Of a stretch of 37,800 nucleotides of DNA, positions 16,714-25,628 are shown piece by piece. The position numbers and the translations under genes are program-made. A model generated the notes under the pieces. That model was not told the origin of the DNA and made no database searches. It worked only from the letters and a program-made list of their open reading frames with translations. Origin of the DNA: an uncultured Opitutaceae bacterium (lineage in GTDB: Bacteria > Verrucomicrobiota > Verrucomicrobiia > Opitutales > Opitutaceae); assembly GCA_964398015.1 (NCBI GenBank), contig CAYNLL010000003.1, forward strand, positions 1-37,800. Direction: 5' to 3'. Within the stretch, counting starts at the first letter, position 1, and the number at the start of each line of letters is the position of its first letter.

Positions 16714-16974
16714 CCGGGCGTGCAGATACGACGGCTTCTTTTCTATGAAGGGTGTCGATTGGGCTGTGGGCTTATGCTTCAGGATTCCTTGTGGAGCCTT
16801 GCCCTGTTGCCCTTGAGGCAGCGGTCTCCAGCTCGGTGTGTGCTAGCTCTGATTTTAACCATGGATCGTCAGATTATCACAGTTTTTTAGGGATTCGTAT
16901 GAGGGGTAACCCTCATTCTGCGACGGAAATTCGCCCAGCAGCAAACGGTGATGCCAGCCGTGCGAGTGCGGCGC

Positions 16975-17430
16975 CTAAAGGAAGCGCGACATGAACACGC
17001 TGTTGGGATCGGGCCGATAGTCGGCAAAGGGGCCGCAGGGCAAGAAGCCGAACTTCGCGTAGAGGCGGCGTGCGGGTTCGAAGAAGGGCATCGAGCCTGT
17101 CTCCAGGCTCAGGCGACCGTAGCCCCGCGCTCTCGACGTCTCGATGATGTGAGTCATCAGGAGCGAGGCCACGCCGCTGCGCCGGTGGCGCAGGGATGTG
17201 CGCATCGACTTCAACTCGGCGTGTTCGGCGTCCAGTTCCTTCAGGGCGCCGCAGCCTGCAATCTTTCGGCCATCCCAGACGATCCAGAAGCTGATCTCGG
17301 GCCTCCGCAGGCCTTCGAGGTCGAGCGCGTGTTTGCTTTCCGGAGGCGAAACGGAACGCATGTCTTGGATGTGCTCCTCCAGGAAGGAGGCAATCTCGGG
17401 GCCTCTCAGGTCATCGGGGCGAATGTTCAC
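16975..17430 (-). CDS. GNAT-family N-acetyltransferase
   Basis: ...GCGALKELDAEHAELKSMRTSLRHRRSGVASLLMTHIIETSRARGYGRLSLETGS...ARRLYAKFGF contains the acetyl-CoA motif R-x-x-G-x-A. I prefer the GTG 17430 start (VNIRPDDL). The track start at 17526 would add a Gly-rich extension. Confidence 0.85.
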   Translation of the reverse strand: MNIRPDDLRGPEIASFLEEHIQDMRSVSPPESKHALDLEGLRRPEISFWIVWDGRKIAGCGALKELDAEHAELKSMRTSLRHRRSGVASLLMTHIIETSRARGYGRLSLETGSMPFFEPARRLYAKFGFLPCGPFADYRPDPNSVFMSRFL

Positions 17431-17799
17431 GGGATATACCTCCCCCCCGTGCCTCTCCGAAGTGTTGTGGAGGCCCCATCCTTGGGGACCTCCACCAGCT
17501 CCACGTGTGTCCTTTTCATCGAGCATCTTTGAAGCAATTGAGGGGCCAGCCTTCCGCCGCTCGCCGAATCCGTGGCCTGACGGGAAACCACCCGGGGCCT
17601 CGCGCGCAGCTCAGCTCGCCTTTCAGCCTCGTTGGGATCACTCCGCACCGGGTGAAGTGCTTCGGCGGCCGCGTGATCCGCGATTTGCGGGCCGCAGTGC
17701 CCCGGGGACAGGCCCCGCCTAGGATTATTGAGGTCCTTCTCGGTTTCTTGGCCGCCGGGCGGATGGCGGTGGCTGCGGGCGACGATAGGCTGCCCCATC

Positions 17800-18738
17800 A
17801 TGAGAATCCCGCTCCTCCTGTTTTGCTCCCTCGCGGGATGCCTGTGCGCGCAGCCCCCCGAGCCTGTTCCGGCGGTGACCGTTGGCCGCATCGAGCACAT
17901 GAGCGCCTTTCCGTCACATTTCGTGTCCGCACGCAACGTCGATGTCTGGCTGCCGCCAGGATACGACGGCAAGACCCGCTGTCCTGTCATCTACATGCAC
18001 GACGGCCAGATGCTCTTTGACGGCCGCATCACGTGGAACAAGACGTCGTGGAACATGGCCGAAACCGCGGCGGACCTCATCCGAAGGGGGAGGATCCCCG
18101 AGACGATCATCGTCGGAATCTGGTCGATCGGGTCGACGCGGCAGAGCGAGTATTTCCCCGAGAAGGTCCTCCCGTTCGTGCCCCAGGCGGCACGCGACAA
18201 ATTCATCCGTGTCGACCTCTCCGGAAAACCGCAGGCCGACAACTACCTTCGGTTCATGGTGGAGGAGCTCAAGCCCGCGATCGACGCCAAGTACGCCACG
18301 CTGCCCGACAGGGACCACACGATCGTGATGGGCTCGAGCATGGGGGGGATCATCTCCCTTTACGCGCTGTGCGAGTATCCCGCGGTCTTCGGCGGCGCAG
18401 GATGCGTGTCGACAGGCTGGATTGCGACGTTTCCCAAGAACGCGACCTTCCCGCTCGCCACCTTCAACTACCTCCAGGGACACCTTCCCGACCCGAGGAC
18501 GCACAGGATCTACTTTGACCAGGGGACCGCCACGCTCGACGCCCTGTTCAGCGAGTCCCAGGCCTTTGCCGACCTCGTGGTCCGCGACGGGGGCTATACC
18601 GACAAGAATTTCATGAGCCGCATCTTTCCAGGCGCCGACCACTCGGAGATCTCCTGGGCGAAGCGGGTGGCGATTCCCCTGGAATTTCTCGACGGCCTCC
18701 CGGCAGGGCAGCCGTCGGCGTCCGGCGCCTTGAAATAG
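17800..18738 (+). CDS. esterase-family alpha/beta hydrolase lipoprotein (putative esterase / siderophore-esterase-like)
   Basis: MRIPLLLFCSLAGC carries a lipobox (LAGC). The nucleophile elbow is GSSMGG. PVIYMHDGQ is typical of the esterase (PF00756-like) family. Confidence 0.8.
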   Translation: MRIPLLLFCSLAGCLCAQPPEPVPAVTVGRIEHMSAFPSHFVSARNVDVWLPPGYDGKTRCPVIYMHDGQMLFDGRITWNKTSWNMAETAADLIRRGRIPETIIVGIWSIGSTRQSEYFPEKVLPFVPQAARDKFIRVDLSGKPQADNYLRFMVEELKPAIDAKYATLPDRDHTIVMGSSMGGIISLYALCEYPAVFGGAGCVSTGWIATFPKNATFPLATFNYLQGHLPDPRTHRIYFDQGTATLDALFSESQAFADLVVRDGGYTDKNFMSRIFPGADHSEISWAKRVAIPLEFLDGLPAGQPSASGALK

Positions 18739-18797
18739 CGGCCGTGGGCGGAGGGCGGGGGCGCGCGGAATTATCGCTTTGAAGCGGGCGCGGATTC

Positions 18798-19172
18798 ATG
18801 CCACCTCTCCTCGCCCCGGCACGCCCCATGTACGAACGAAAACGCGACAAGCTTCTGCCCTGGCCGCGGTTCTTCAGGCGCATGGCCCTCTCGGCCGCGA
18901 TCGCGGTAGCGATCGTCGCCGTCGCGCTTGCAGCGGGGGTCCTGGGCTACCACGCCGTCTGCGGCCTCAAGTGGATAGACGCCGTGCTGAATGCCTCGAT
19001 GATCCTGACGGGGATGGGTCCCGTTGACACGATGACGACGACCTCCGCGAAACTCTTCGCCTCGGCCTACGCCCTCTTCAGCGGCGTGGTCTTCCTGTCG
19101 GCCGTCGGCGTCGTGCTGGCGCCTGTGTTCCACCGGATCCTCCACAAGTTCCACCTGGACGACGGCCCGTGA
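18798..19172 (+). CDS. small 2-TM pore-loop (KcsA-like architecture) membrane protein with a non-canonical filter
   Basis: TM1 is ALSAAIAVAIVAVALAAGVLGY. A pore-helix-like WIDAVLNASMILTGMGPVD follows, then TM2 AKLFASAYALFSGVVFLSAVGVVLAPVF. The start could be ATG 18798 or 18828. Confidence 0.45.
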   Translation: MPPLLAPARPMYERKRDKLLPWPRFFRRMALSAAIAVAIVAVALAAGVLGYHAVCGLKWIDAVLNASMILTGMGPVDTMTTTSAKLFASAYALFSGVVFLSAVGVVLAPVFHRILHKFHLDDGP

Positions 19173-19194
19173 ACGGCGGCCCGTGCGACACGCC

Positions 19195-19674
19195 ATGAAG
19201 AAGATCAACACCTCCCAGGTCCCGGAGGAGCCCTGGAGCTCGCCGAAGGGCAAATTCGCGTCGGCGGACCGAAACGTCTCGCTCGCGCTCGGGCGCGATC
19301 CTGACTCGGCGGACCTGAACCGGCGCCACCCCTTTGACGTGGAGATCTGCCGGATACCCGCCGGCAAGGCGGCCTGCCCCTTCCACTCGCACAGCGCCCA
19401 GTGGGAATTCTACCTGGTGATCTCGGGGAAGGGGAGCGTCAGGGATAGGGATGGCGTGACCCCGATCGAGGCGGGCGACGCGTTTGTCTTTGGACCCGGG
19501 GACCCGCACCAGATCACCAGCGGCAGCGCGGGGGACCTCGTGGTCTACATTGTTGCGGACAATCCCGTCGGGGAGTCCTGCCACTATCCCGACAGCGGCA
19601 AATGGCTCGTGCGCTCGCCGGCCAGGGCGCTCATCAAGGCTTCCCCGGTGGACTACTTTGAGGGGGAGGAGTGA
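19195..19674 (+). CDS. cupin-domain protein
   Basis: Cupin motif 1 is FHSHSAQWEFYLVISGKG and motif 2 is GDAFVFGPGDPHQI. ATG 19195 is preferred over GTG 19183. Confidence 0.85.
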   Translation: MKKINTSQVPEEPWSSPKGKFASADRNVSLALGRDPDSADLNRRHPFDVEICRIPAGKAACPFHSHSAQWEFYLVISGKGSVRDRDGVTPIEAGDAFVFGPGDPHQITSGSAGDLVVYIVADNPVGESCHYPDSGKWLVRSPARALIKASPVDYFEGEE

Positions 19675-20021
19675 AGCCGTGGCCAGCGGGCCGCGCGCGT
19701 GCCTGCGGCTCTTGGGGGGCGATTTCGTCTGCGTTCCTTGGCGCCGGCCGTACGGTATTAGAAGGGCTTCGCCCGGCATAACCGCTTTGCGGGCCGCGCC
19801 GGCTGGACATTCCCGAGAGCTGGTAGGCGATGATGGCCAGCCGGTTGCGGTCGGGGGCTGGTGCGGGGCCGGGCGAGGACGTTTCCGGGACGGCCGGCAC
19901 TCCTGCCCGGGCCGCGTGCGGTTGACAGGGTTACTGGCAAGAGATTGGCTCAGAGGTTCCTCGGCGTGCCGATATAACCCTAGGCTACCCCGCCTATAAC
20001 GAAACGGCGCCCATCCCCTGC

Positions 20022-22508
20022 ATGTTGCTTGCATTCCTCTCAACCCCAATCGTATCGCTGGTCGCTGGATCGTGCAGCGCCTGCGCCGGCGCCTTGGTAT
20101 ACCTTGCCATGAGAAGGCGCGCGCCGCCGCCCGCGCAGGGCAATCCGCAGGCTGCCGAGGGGGCAGGGGAGAAGCTCGAGAGCTACGGGCTGATGCTGGA
20201 CACGCTCGACCGGTCCAACATCCTTTTCTGGTGGGCCCATGTGCGGAAGGATGAGTCGGACTGCTCGGGGTACGCGTGGACGATTCGCACGCCGCCGCAG
20301 CTCGACGACAACCCCATCTACCGGCTGGCCACGCTGCGCAAGGCGGGCGGGCTCTGGAACGACGAGGAGGCCCCCGATCACGAGCGCACGGCAATGACCG
20401 CGAAGAAGGCCCTATGGGACGGGGCGAGCGGATACCAGCAGGAGTTCCGGATCCGCGGCACGGACGGCATCCACTGGCTGAGCGAGGAAGTGGTCATTCG
20501 GCCCGCGGGGCCGGGCGAATGGAACCTGGCGGGCGTGATCCTCGACGTGACCAAGCGGCGCGAGGCCGAGGAGGCCCGCAGGCAGACCGAGGGGCAGCTG
20601 GAGCAGATTCTCAAGGGCGCGGACTGCCTCCTCTGGCGCGCCCTCGTCACCGGCGATCCGGACACCAAGATCGACTGGGAGATATTCGCCCCTCCCTCGG
20701 CGCTCTTCCATAAGATATTCGGGGACAGGCCGGGCCAGTCCGGCAGGACGCTGTGGACGGAGCCCATGGTCCCGGAATGGGACAAGATCCGGAAGCTCTC
20801 GAGGCGCGCCCTGCGCGAGAACCTGCCCGAGTACGAGCAGGAATTCCACGTCGTTGTGCCCGGCCACACCTTCTGTGTCCAGGAGCACGTTGCCATCACG
20901 CGCCTTGGCCCCGATCGCTGGAACCTGGTGGGCGTCGTCGTCGACATCACCGCCCGCAGGGACGCGGAGATGGCGCTCGCGGCCGAGAAGGAGCGCCTTT
21001 CCGTCACCCTGGGCAGCATGAGCGAGGGCGTGATCACGATCGACGCGCGCGGGCGGATCGTGTTCATCAACCGCGCGGCGGCGGACCTCGTCCAATGGGA
21101 CGCGAGGGAGGCCGTGGGCCTCCAGGCCACGGAAGTGTGCGTCCTGGAGAACGGCGCCGACGCGCGCAGGACGATATTGCCCGTGGCCGAGGTCCTGGAG
21201 AGGGGAGGCCAGGCCGAGCTCCCGCCGCAGACCGTGATCAAGGGACGCAGGGACCGGACGAGGCTCGTCGACGGCCGCCTTGTGCCGTTTGCCGACCAGA
21301 CCAGCCGGAGGGTGGGCGCGGTCCTGGTCCTGCGCGACATCACCGACCGCCAGCAGATGGAGGAGAGGCTCCAGAACGCGGCGAAGATGGAGTCGGTGGG
21401 CATCCTGGCGGGCGGCATCGCCCATGACTTCAACAACATTCTCACGGCGATTCTCGCGAACCTCTCGCTGCTCCAGCTCGATCTGGAGGGGATGCCGGAG
21501 CAGTCGCGCATGCTCGACGAGGCGGTCCGCGCGACGAAGCGCGCCAGCGACCTCACGCTCCAGCTGCTCACCTTCGCGAAGGGCGGCGACCCGGTGCGCA
21601 CCGCGGTGCACCTCAACGAGATCGTCCAGGAGGCGACGGACTTCGCGCGCCACGGCTCCGGCGTCAAGAGCCAGTTCGAGATGCCTGGAAATCTTTGGGC
21701 CGCGAACGTGGACAAGGCCCAGATCAGCCAGGTGATCCAGAACCTCGTGATCAACGCCACCCAGGCGATGCCCCACGGCGGGACGCTCCGCATCAGCGCC
21801 GTGAACGAGCACGTGGCCGCCGGGTTTCATCCGGCGCTGGCCGAGGGCGACTACATCCGCATCTCGGTGGCGGACACAGGGGAGGGCATCCAGCGCGAGA
21901 ACCTCAAGAGGATATTCGACCCGTATTTCACCACGAAGCCGCAGGGCCATGGACTGGGCCTGGCGACCGTGTTCTCGATCATCTCCCGGCACCAGGGGCA
22001 CATCGAGGTGACCTCGGCGCCCGGGATGGGTACCACCTTCACCTTCTGGCTTCCGGCCGCGACCGTGTCCGCGGCCGCGCCGGAGCGAAGCGCGGCGTTT
22101 GCCAGCGCCGAGCACGGGGGCCGGGTGCTGTTCATGGACGATGAGGAGCCCATCGTGAGGATGGCGGAGAAGCTCCTGAGGCGCATGGGCCTCCAGTTCG
22201 AGTCGGCTGCCGACGGCAAGGAGGCGATCGCGCGCTACCGCTCGGCGAAGGAGTCCGGCCATCCCTTCGACCTGGTCATCATGGACCTGACCATCCCCGG
22301 CGGGATGGGCGGCAAGGAGGCCATCTCCGTGCTGCGGGCCTACGACCCGGGCGTCAAGGCGATCGTCTCGAGCGGCTATTCGAGCGACCTCGCCATGGCC
22401 GACTTTCGCATGCACGGCTTCCGCGGCATGGTGGCGAAGCCCTATGACATCAACAGCCTCGCCACGGTGATTCGCTCCGTGATGAAGGAACCCGCGATGG
22501 CGGAGTGA
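20022..22508 (+). CDS. hybrid sensor histidine kinase (TM anchor, three PAS-like modules, HisKA, HATPase, receiver)
   Basis: The H-box is GGIAHDFNNILTAI. The N/G boxes are QNLVINATQAM and DTGEGI...GHGLGLA. The C-terminal REC domain reads VLFMDDEEP...DLVIMDLTIPGGMGG...SSGY. Confidence 0.93.
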   Translation: MLLAFLSTPIVSLVAGSCSACAGALVYLAMRRRAPPPAQGNPQAAEGAGEKLESYGLMLDTLDRSNILFWWAHVRKDESDCSGYAWTIRTPPQLDDNPIYRLATLRKAGGLWNDEEAPDHERTAMTAKKALWDGASGYQQEFRIRGTDGIHWLSEEVVIRPAGPGEWNLAGVILDVTKRREAEEARRQTEGQLEQILKGADCLLWRALVTGDPDTKIDWEIFAPPSALFHKIFGDRPGQSGRTLWTEPMVPEWDKIRKLSRRALRENLPEYEQEFHVVVPGHTFCVQEHVAITRLGPDRWNLVGVVVDITARRDAEMALAAEKERLSVTLGSMSEGVITIDARGRIVFINRAAADLVQWDAREAVGLQATEVCVLENGADARRTILPVAEVLERGGQAELPPQTVIKGRRDRTRLVDGRLVPFADQTSRRVGAVLVLRDITDRQQMEERLQNAAKMESVGILAGGIAHDFNNILTAILANLSLLQLDLEGMPEQSRMLDEAVRATKRASDLTLQLLTFAKGGDPVRTAVHLNEIVQEATDFARHGSGVKSQFEMPGNLWAANVDKAQISQVIQNLVINATQAMPHGGTLRISAVNEHVAAGFHPALAEGDYIRISVADTGEGIQRENLKRIFDPYFTTKPQGHGLGLATVFSIISRHQGHIEVTSAPGMGTTFTFWLPAATVSAAAPERSAAFASAEHGGRVLFMDDEEPIVRMAEKLLRRMGLQFESAADGKEAIARYRSAKESGHPFDLVIMDLTIPGGMGGKEAISVLRAYDPGVKAIVSSGYSSDLAMADFRMHGFRGMVAKPYDINSLATVIRSVMKEPAMAE

Positions 22509-22543
22509 CGGAGCGCAGTTTCCACTGGCGCCCTCGCGAGTTA

Positions 22544-22573
22544 GCCCCTACTGACAGCCTTCCCATTGCGGCA
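22544..22573 (+). repeat. 30-nt motif copy A (GCCCCTACTGACAGCCTTCCCATTGCGGCA)
   Basis: 27/30 identical, without gaps, to 24793..24822. It lies ~80 nt upstream of ATG 22652. Confidence 0.8.
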
Positions 22574-22651
22574 GCCCGCGAGGACGTCAGGGTGTCGGCG
22601 CGTCGGCGACGGAGGGCTCCGCGGGAACACGCTTTACCCCAAAAGACCGCG

Positions 22652-24730
22652 ATGGCCCACGACAGTCCAAGGCAGCTCGGATGGCAGATGTTCTCCCTCT
22701 CGTTCACCGCGCTCTTCCTGGAGATGATGGTGATCCGGTGGGTCCCGTCCGTGGTGCACCTGGTGGCGTACTATGCGAACCTCATGCTCCTGAGCTCGTT
22801 CCTCGGCCTCGGTGTCGGGGCGATGGCCGCGGGGAGAAGATGGAGCCTTTTCAGATGGTTCCCGGTCTTCTTCGCGGTCGAGGCGGGATCTCTCCTGCTC
22901 TGCCGGGGCGCCGTCTTGGGGACGAGCGCCTCGGAGGCGCGGTTCAACATGGTGAGCCCGACCCTGCTCAACGCGGCCGTCCTCGTCTGGGTCTTCGCCT
23001 CGAACGCGCTCCTGTTCGTCCCGCTCGGCCAGAGGATGGGGATCCTGTTCAACGCGCTTCCCCGCCTCTCGGCCTACGCCTGGGACCTCGCCGGCAGCCT
23101 GTGCGGCACGCTGTGCTTCGGCCTGTTCTCCCTGTACTTCTTCTCCCCGATCGCGGGGATGGCCGGCGTCATGGCCATCTTCCTTGCTCTGTCGCCCCGC
23201 CGCCGGTGGCTGCTCGACGTTCCTATCTTCGCCGTCCTGCTGGTGACCCTTCGCCTGGCGGGGGAGCCCTCCGCGATTTGGTCGCCGTACTACTTCATCA
23301 CGATGAAGCACATCGTCTCGCCGAGTGTGAGCGAGGTGGCGGCCCGGCCGCCGCCGGACCTGCTGACGATGCGCGACCCCCCCTTCTACGGCGTGAATGT
23401 GAACCAGTACGGGTACCATTGGGATGCCGCGCTTGATCCGTCACGGTACACCCCCGGAACGCCCGTGGCCGACTTCATCACCGTCCTTACGCACCAGTAC
23501 AGGGCCCCCTACCTGCTCGGCAAGGGACGCGAGAGGGTGTTGATCCTAGGGGCGGGCGGCGGATCGGACGTCCAGGCCGCCCTCGCCGCGGGCGTCTCGA
23601 GGATAGATGCCGTCGAGATCGATCCGGCCGTGATCCGGCTGTCCCGGCGCTTCAACGCGGGCGCCCCGTACGCCGACCCCAGGGTGACGGTCCATATCGA
23701 CGACGCCCGCTCCTTCATCGCGCGGGCGACCCCGGGCTACGACCTCGTCGTCTTCGGGTACCTCGATTCCCAGGCCCTTTTCAGCAGCATGAGCAACGCG
23801 CGGCTCGACGGCTACGTCTACACGGTCGAGAGCATGCGCTCGGCATACGCGCTCCTCGGCGACGACGGGGTGCTGTCCCTCACCTTCTACATCACGAAGG
23901 ACTGGCTTGCACAGAAGCTCTACCAGATGGCAGCGCAGGCCACCGGCCGCGACCCGCTGGTTTACATCTGGCAGCGCCAGATGATCCTCTGCGTGCCCAA
24001 GCGGGCGGACTTCAAGGCGCCGCCCATGATCTACCAGTTCAACCGCGCGGTGTTCGACGACCCCAAGCCGATGGATCTTCCCACCGACGACTGGCCGTTC
24101 CTCTACCTCTCTGAGAAGACGATCCCCGCAGACTACCTGTACTCCATCGGGGGCCTCCTCGTCATGTCGGTCATCGCCGGCATCGGCCTGCGCCAGGCCC
24201 CCGTGGGGGCTGCCGACATCCATTTCGGCCTCCTCGGCGTGGGCTTCCTCCTGCTGGAGACCAAGAGCATCAGCGACTGCACGCTCTTCTTCGGGACCAC
24301 CTGGTTCGTGACGACAGCCGTTGTGGCGGGGGTGCTGCTCATGGTGATGGCCGCCAATCTCTGCGCCGAGCGGGTGAAGACGTTCTCGCTCTGGATGTAC
24401 GCGCCGCTCTTCGGGGCGCTCGCAGCCCTGTTCATCTTCCCGCGGGAGCACGTGCTGGGCTTCAGCTTCTTCGGCCGCCTCCTCTGGACATTGCTGGCTG
24501 TCCCGCTCCCCGTGTTCTTCGCCGGCCTCATCTTCTCGACCACCTTCAGGAGATCCCTCGCGCCGGCGACTCACTTCGGGTCGAACCTCCTCGGGGCGAT
24601 GATCGGCGGCTTCTGCGAATACCTCGGGATGGCGATGGGAAGCCACCGCCTGTCGCTCCTGGTGATCGTCGCGTATGCGGGAAGCCTGTGCGCGGTTTCA
24701 TGGTGGGGACGGGCGGGGCGGGCCGCCTGA
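22652..24730 (+). CDS. membrane-embedded spermidine-synthase-like (aminopropyltransferase/SAM-MTase fold) protein
   Basis: Multi-TM blocks lie at both the N- and C-terminus, flanking VLILGAGGGSDVQAALAAGVSRIDAVEIDPAVIRLSRRF...DPRVTVHIDDARSF...YDLVVFG. The ATG 22652 start (MAHDSPRQLGWQMFSLSFTALFLEMMVIRW) is preferred. The alternative GTG 22505 would overlap the kinase stop. Confidence 0.85.
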   Translation: MAHDSPRQLGWQMFSLSFTALFLEMMVIRWVPSVVHLVAYYANLMLLSSFLGLGVGAMAAGRRWSLFRWFPVFFAVEAGSLLLCRGAVLGTSASEARFNMVSPTLLNAAVLVWVFASNALLFVPLGQRMGILFNALPRLSAYAWDLAGSLCGTLCFGLFSLYFFSPIAGMAGVMAIFLALSPRRRWLLDVPIFAVLLVTLRLAGEPSAIWSPYYFITMKHIVSPSVSEVAARPPPDLLTMRDPPFYGVNVNQYGYHWDAALDPSRYTPGTPVADFITVLTHQYRAPYLLGKGRERVLILGAGGGSDVQAALAAGVSRIDAVEIDPAVIRLSRRFNAGAPYADPRVTVHIDDARSFIARATPGYDLVVFGYLDSQALFSSMSNARLDGYVYTVESMRSAYALLGDDGVLSLTFYITKDWLAQKLYQMAAQATGRDPLVYIWQRQMILCVPKRADFKAPPMIYQFNRAVFDDPKPMDLPTDDWPFLYLSEKTIPADYLYSIGGLLVMSVIAGIGLRQAPVGAADIHFGLLGVGFLLLETKSISDCTLFFGTTWFVTTAVVAGVLLMVMAANLCAERVKTFSLWMYAPLFGALAALFIFPREHVLGFSFFGRLLWTLLAVPLPVFFAGLIFSTTFRRSLAPATHFGSNLLGAMIGGFCEYLGMAMGSHRLSLLVIVAYAGSLCAVSWWGRAGRAA

Positions 24731-24792
24731 AGGGCGGGCAATCCCTCCGGGCGGCGGGGCGCGCCAATTTCCTCTTGCGACCCCTAAGGGAA

Positions 24793-24818
24793 GCCCGTAC
24801 TGACACCCTTTCCATTGC

Positions 24819-24822
<4 letters not shown>
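24793..24822 (+). repeat. 30-nt motif copy B (GCCCGTACTGACACCCTTTCCATTGCGGCA), whose last 4 nt are tRNA-Phe positions 1-4
   Basis: See copy A. It directly abuts and enters the tRNA-Phe 5' end. Confidence 0.8.
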
Positions 24823-24894
<72 letters not shown>

Positions 24895-25628
24895 CTCTCA
24901 AAATTAACCCACTGCAACACTTGTGCAACACTTTCGCCCTCATTTGAGCCCCAGCCGCGATCTTCTGCAGGGTTGCTGAGGCCCAGGGCGGGTTTCCCGG
25001 GGATAGTGTCACAGCAGGAGGCTCACCAGGGGCCATCCCCTTCTGCAGCGCATCTCTAGCCTTGGTCGGTGCGCCTCACACACAGTCTGCTCACGGGGCG
25101 TCATTCTCAGAGTAAGCCGTAGAGCAGGGAACGAAAAGGGAACCAAACTGTTAGCTTGAAAGGTCCATTGCTGCCATTCCCATGAGCATAAAGGGCCCGA
25201 TCAAGCCTCGCCCGTCGAACTGCGGCGAGCTAGCCAAGCCCGGGAGCAGCCACGCCTTGGCCGTCAAGAGTACCGGCCGATATCTAGGCAGCTGCCGGAG
25301 GTGGGTGGCCCACCCAGAAAGGCGTAGCCGTGTGAGCTGCAGGCCCTGTGCGGTAGCGGGTATTTTATCGGCGGGAGATGTTGAGAAATGCTGGCTGGCC
25401 TGTTGCCGGTCCACTGGCAAAGCATAACGCGGGGTGACTAAATGGGAAGGGGTCAGCCCGTCATAAGGGCAACCAAAGTGATTGGAGCAGTGAACCATTT
25501 CTGTATCGCCATAGATCTATGCGGAGTGCGAATCCAAGCATTCATCGAGTCAGGTCTATTTGACGCGAAGCCCTTGCCTAATAGGAAGCCTCTAATAATC
25601 CCTCTCTTAGCGATGAGGATCAAATGCC

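Noticed and set aside
16899-16916. Perfect 7-bp hairpin ATGAGGG-GTAA-CCCTCAT downstream of the GNAT gene
   Set aside because: On the GNAT (minus) transcript it is followed by an A run rather than a U run, and on the plus strand no gene ends nearby. It is therefore not a convincing intrinsic terminator. It may still be a stabilising stem-loop.
20412-22415. 667-aa minus-strand ORF, plus the 471-aa ORF at 20378..21793
   Set aside because: They lie antisense to the histidine kinase, which has unmistakable H, N and G boxes and a REC motif on the plus strand.
22544-22573. Reading the 30-nt motif as a sigma54 (-24 TGGCAC / -12 TTGC) or sigma70 promoter
   Set aside because: TGACAC and TTGC are separated by 8 nt rather than the ~5 nt required for sigma54. 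In the tRNA-Phe copy, any sigma70-style -10 placed 17 nt after CTGACA would fall inside the mature tRNA.
24897-25628. Searched the ORF-free left part of the tRNA-Phe island for an integrase or its remnants
   Set aside because: None of the six frames shows tyrosine-recombinase hallmarks (R...HxxR...Y contexts) or any recognisable family. The short ORFs (25151..25498 minus, 25182..25427 plus, 25442..25645 plus) look random. A highly decayed pseudogene cannot be excluded without a sensitive search.
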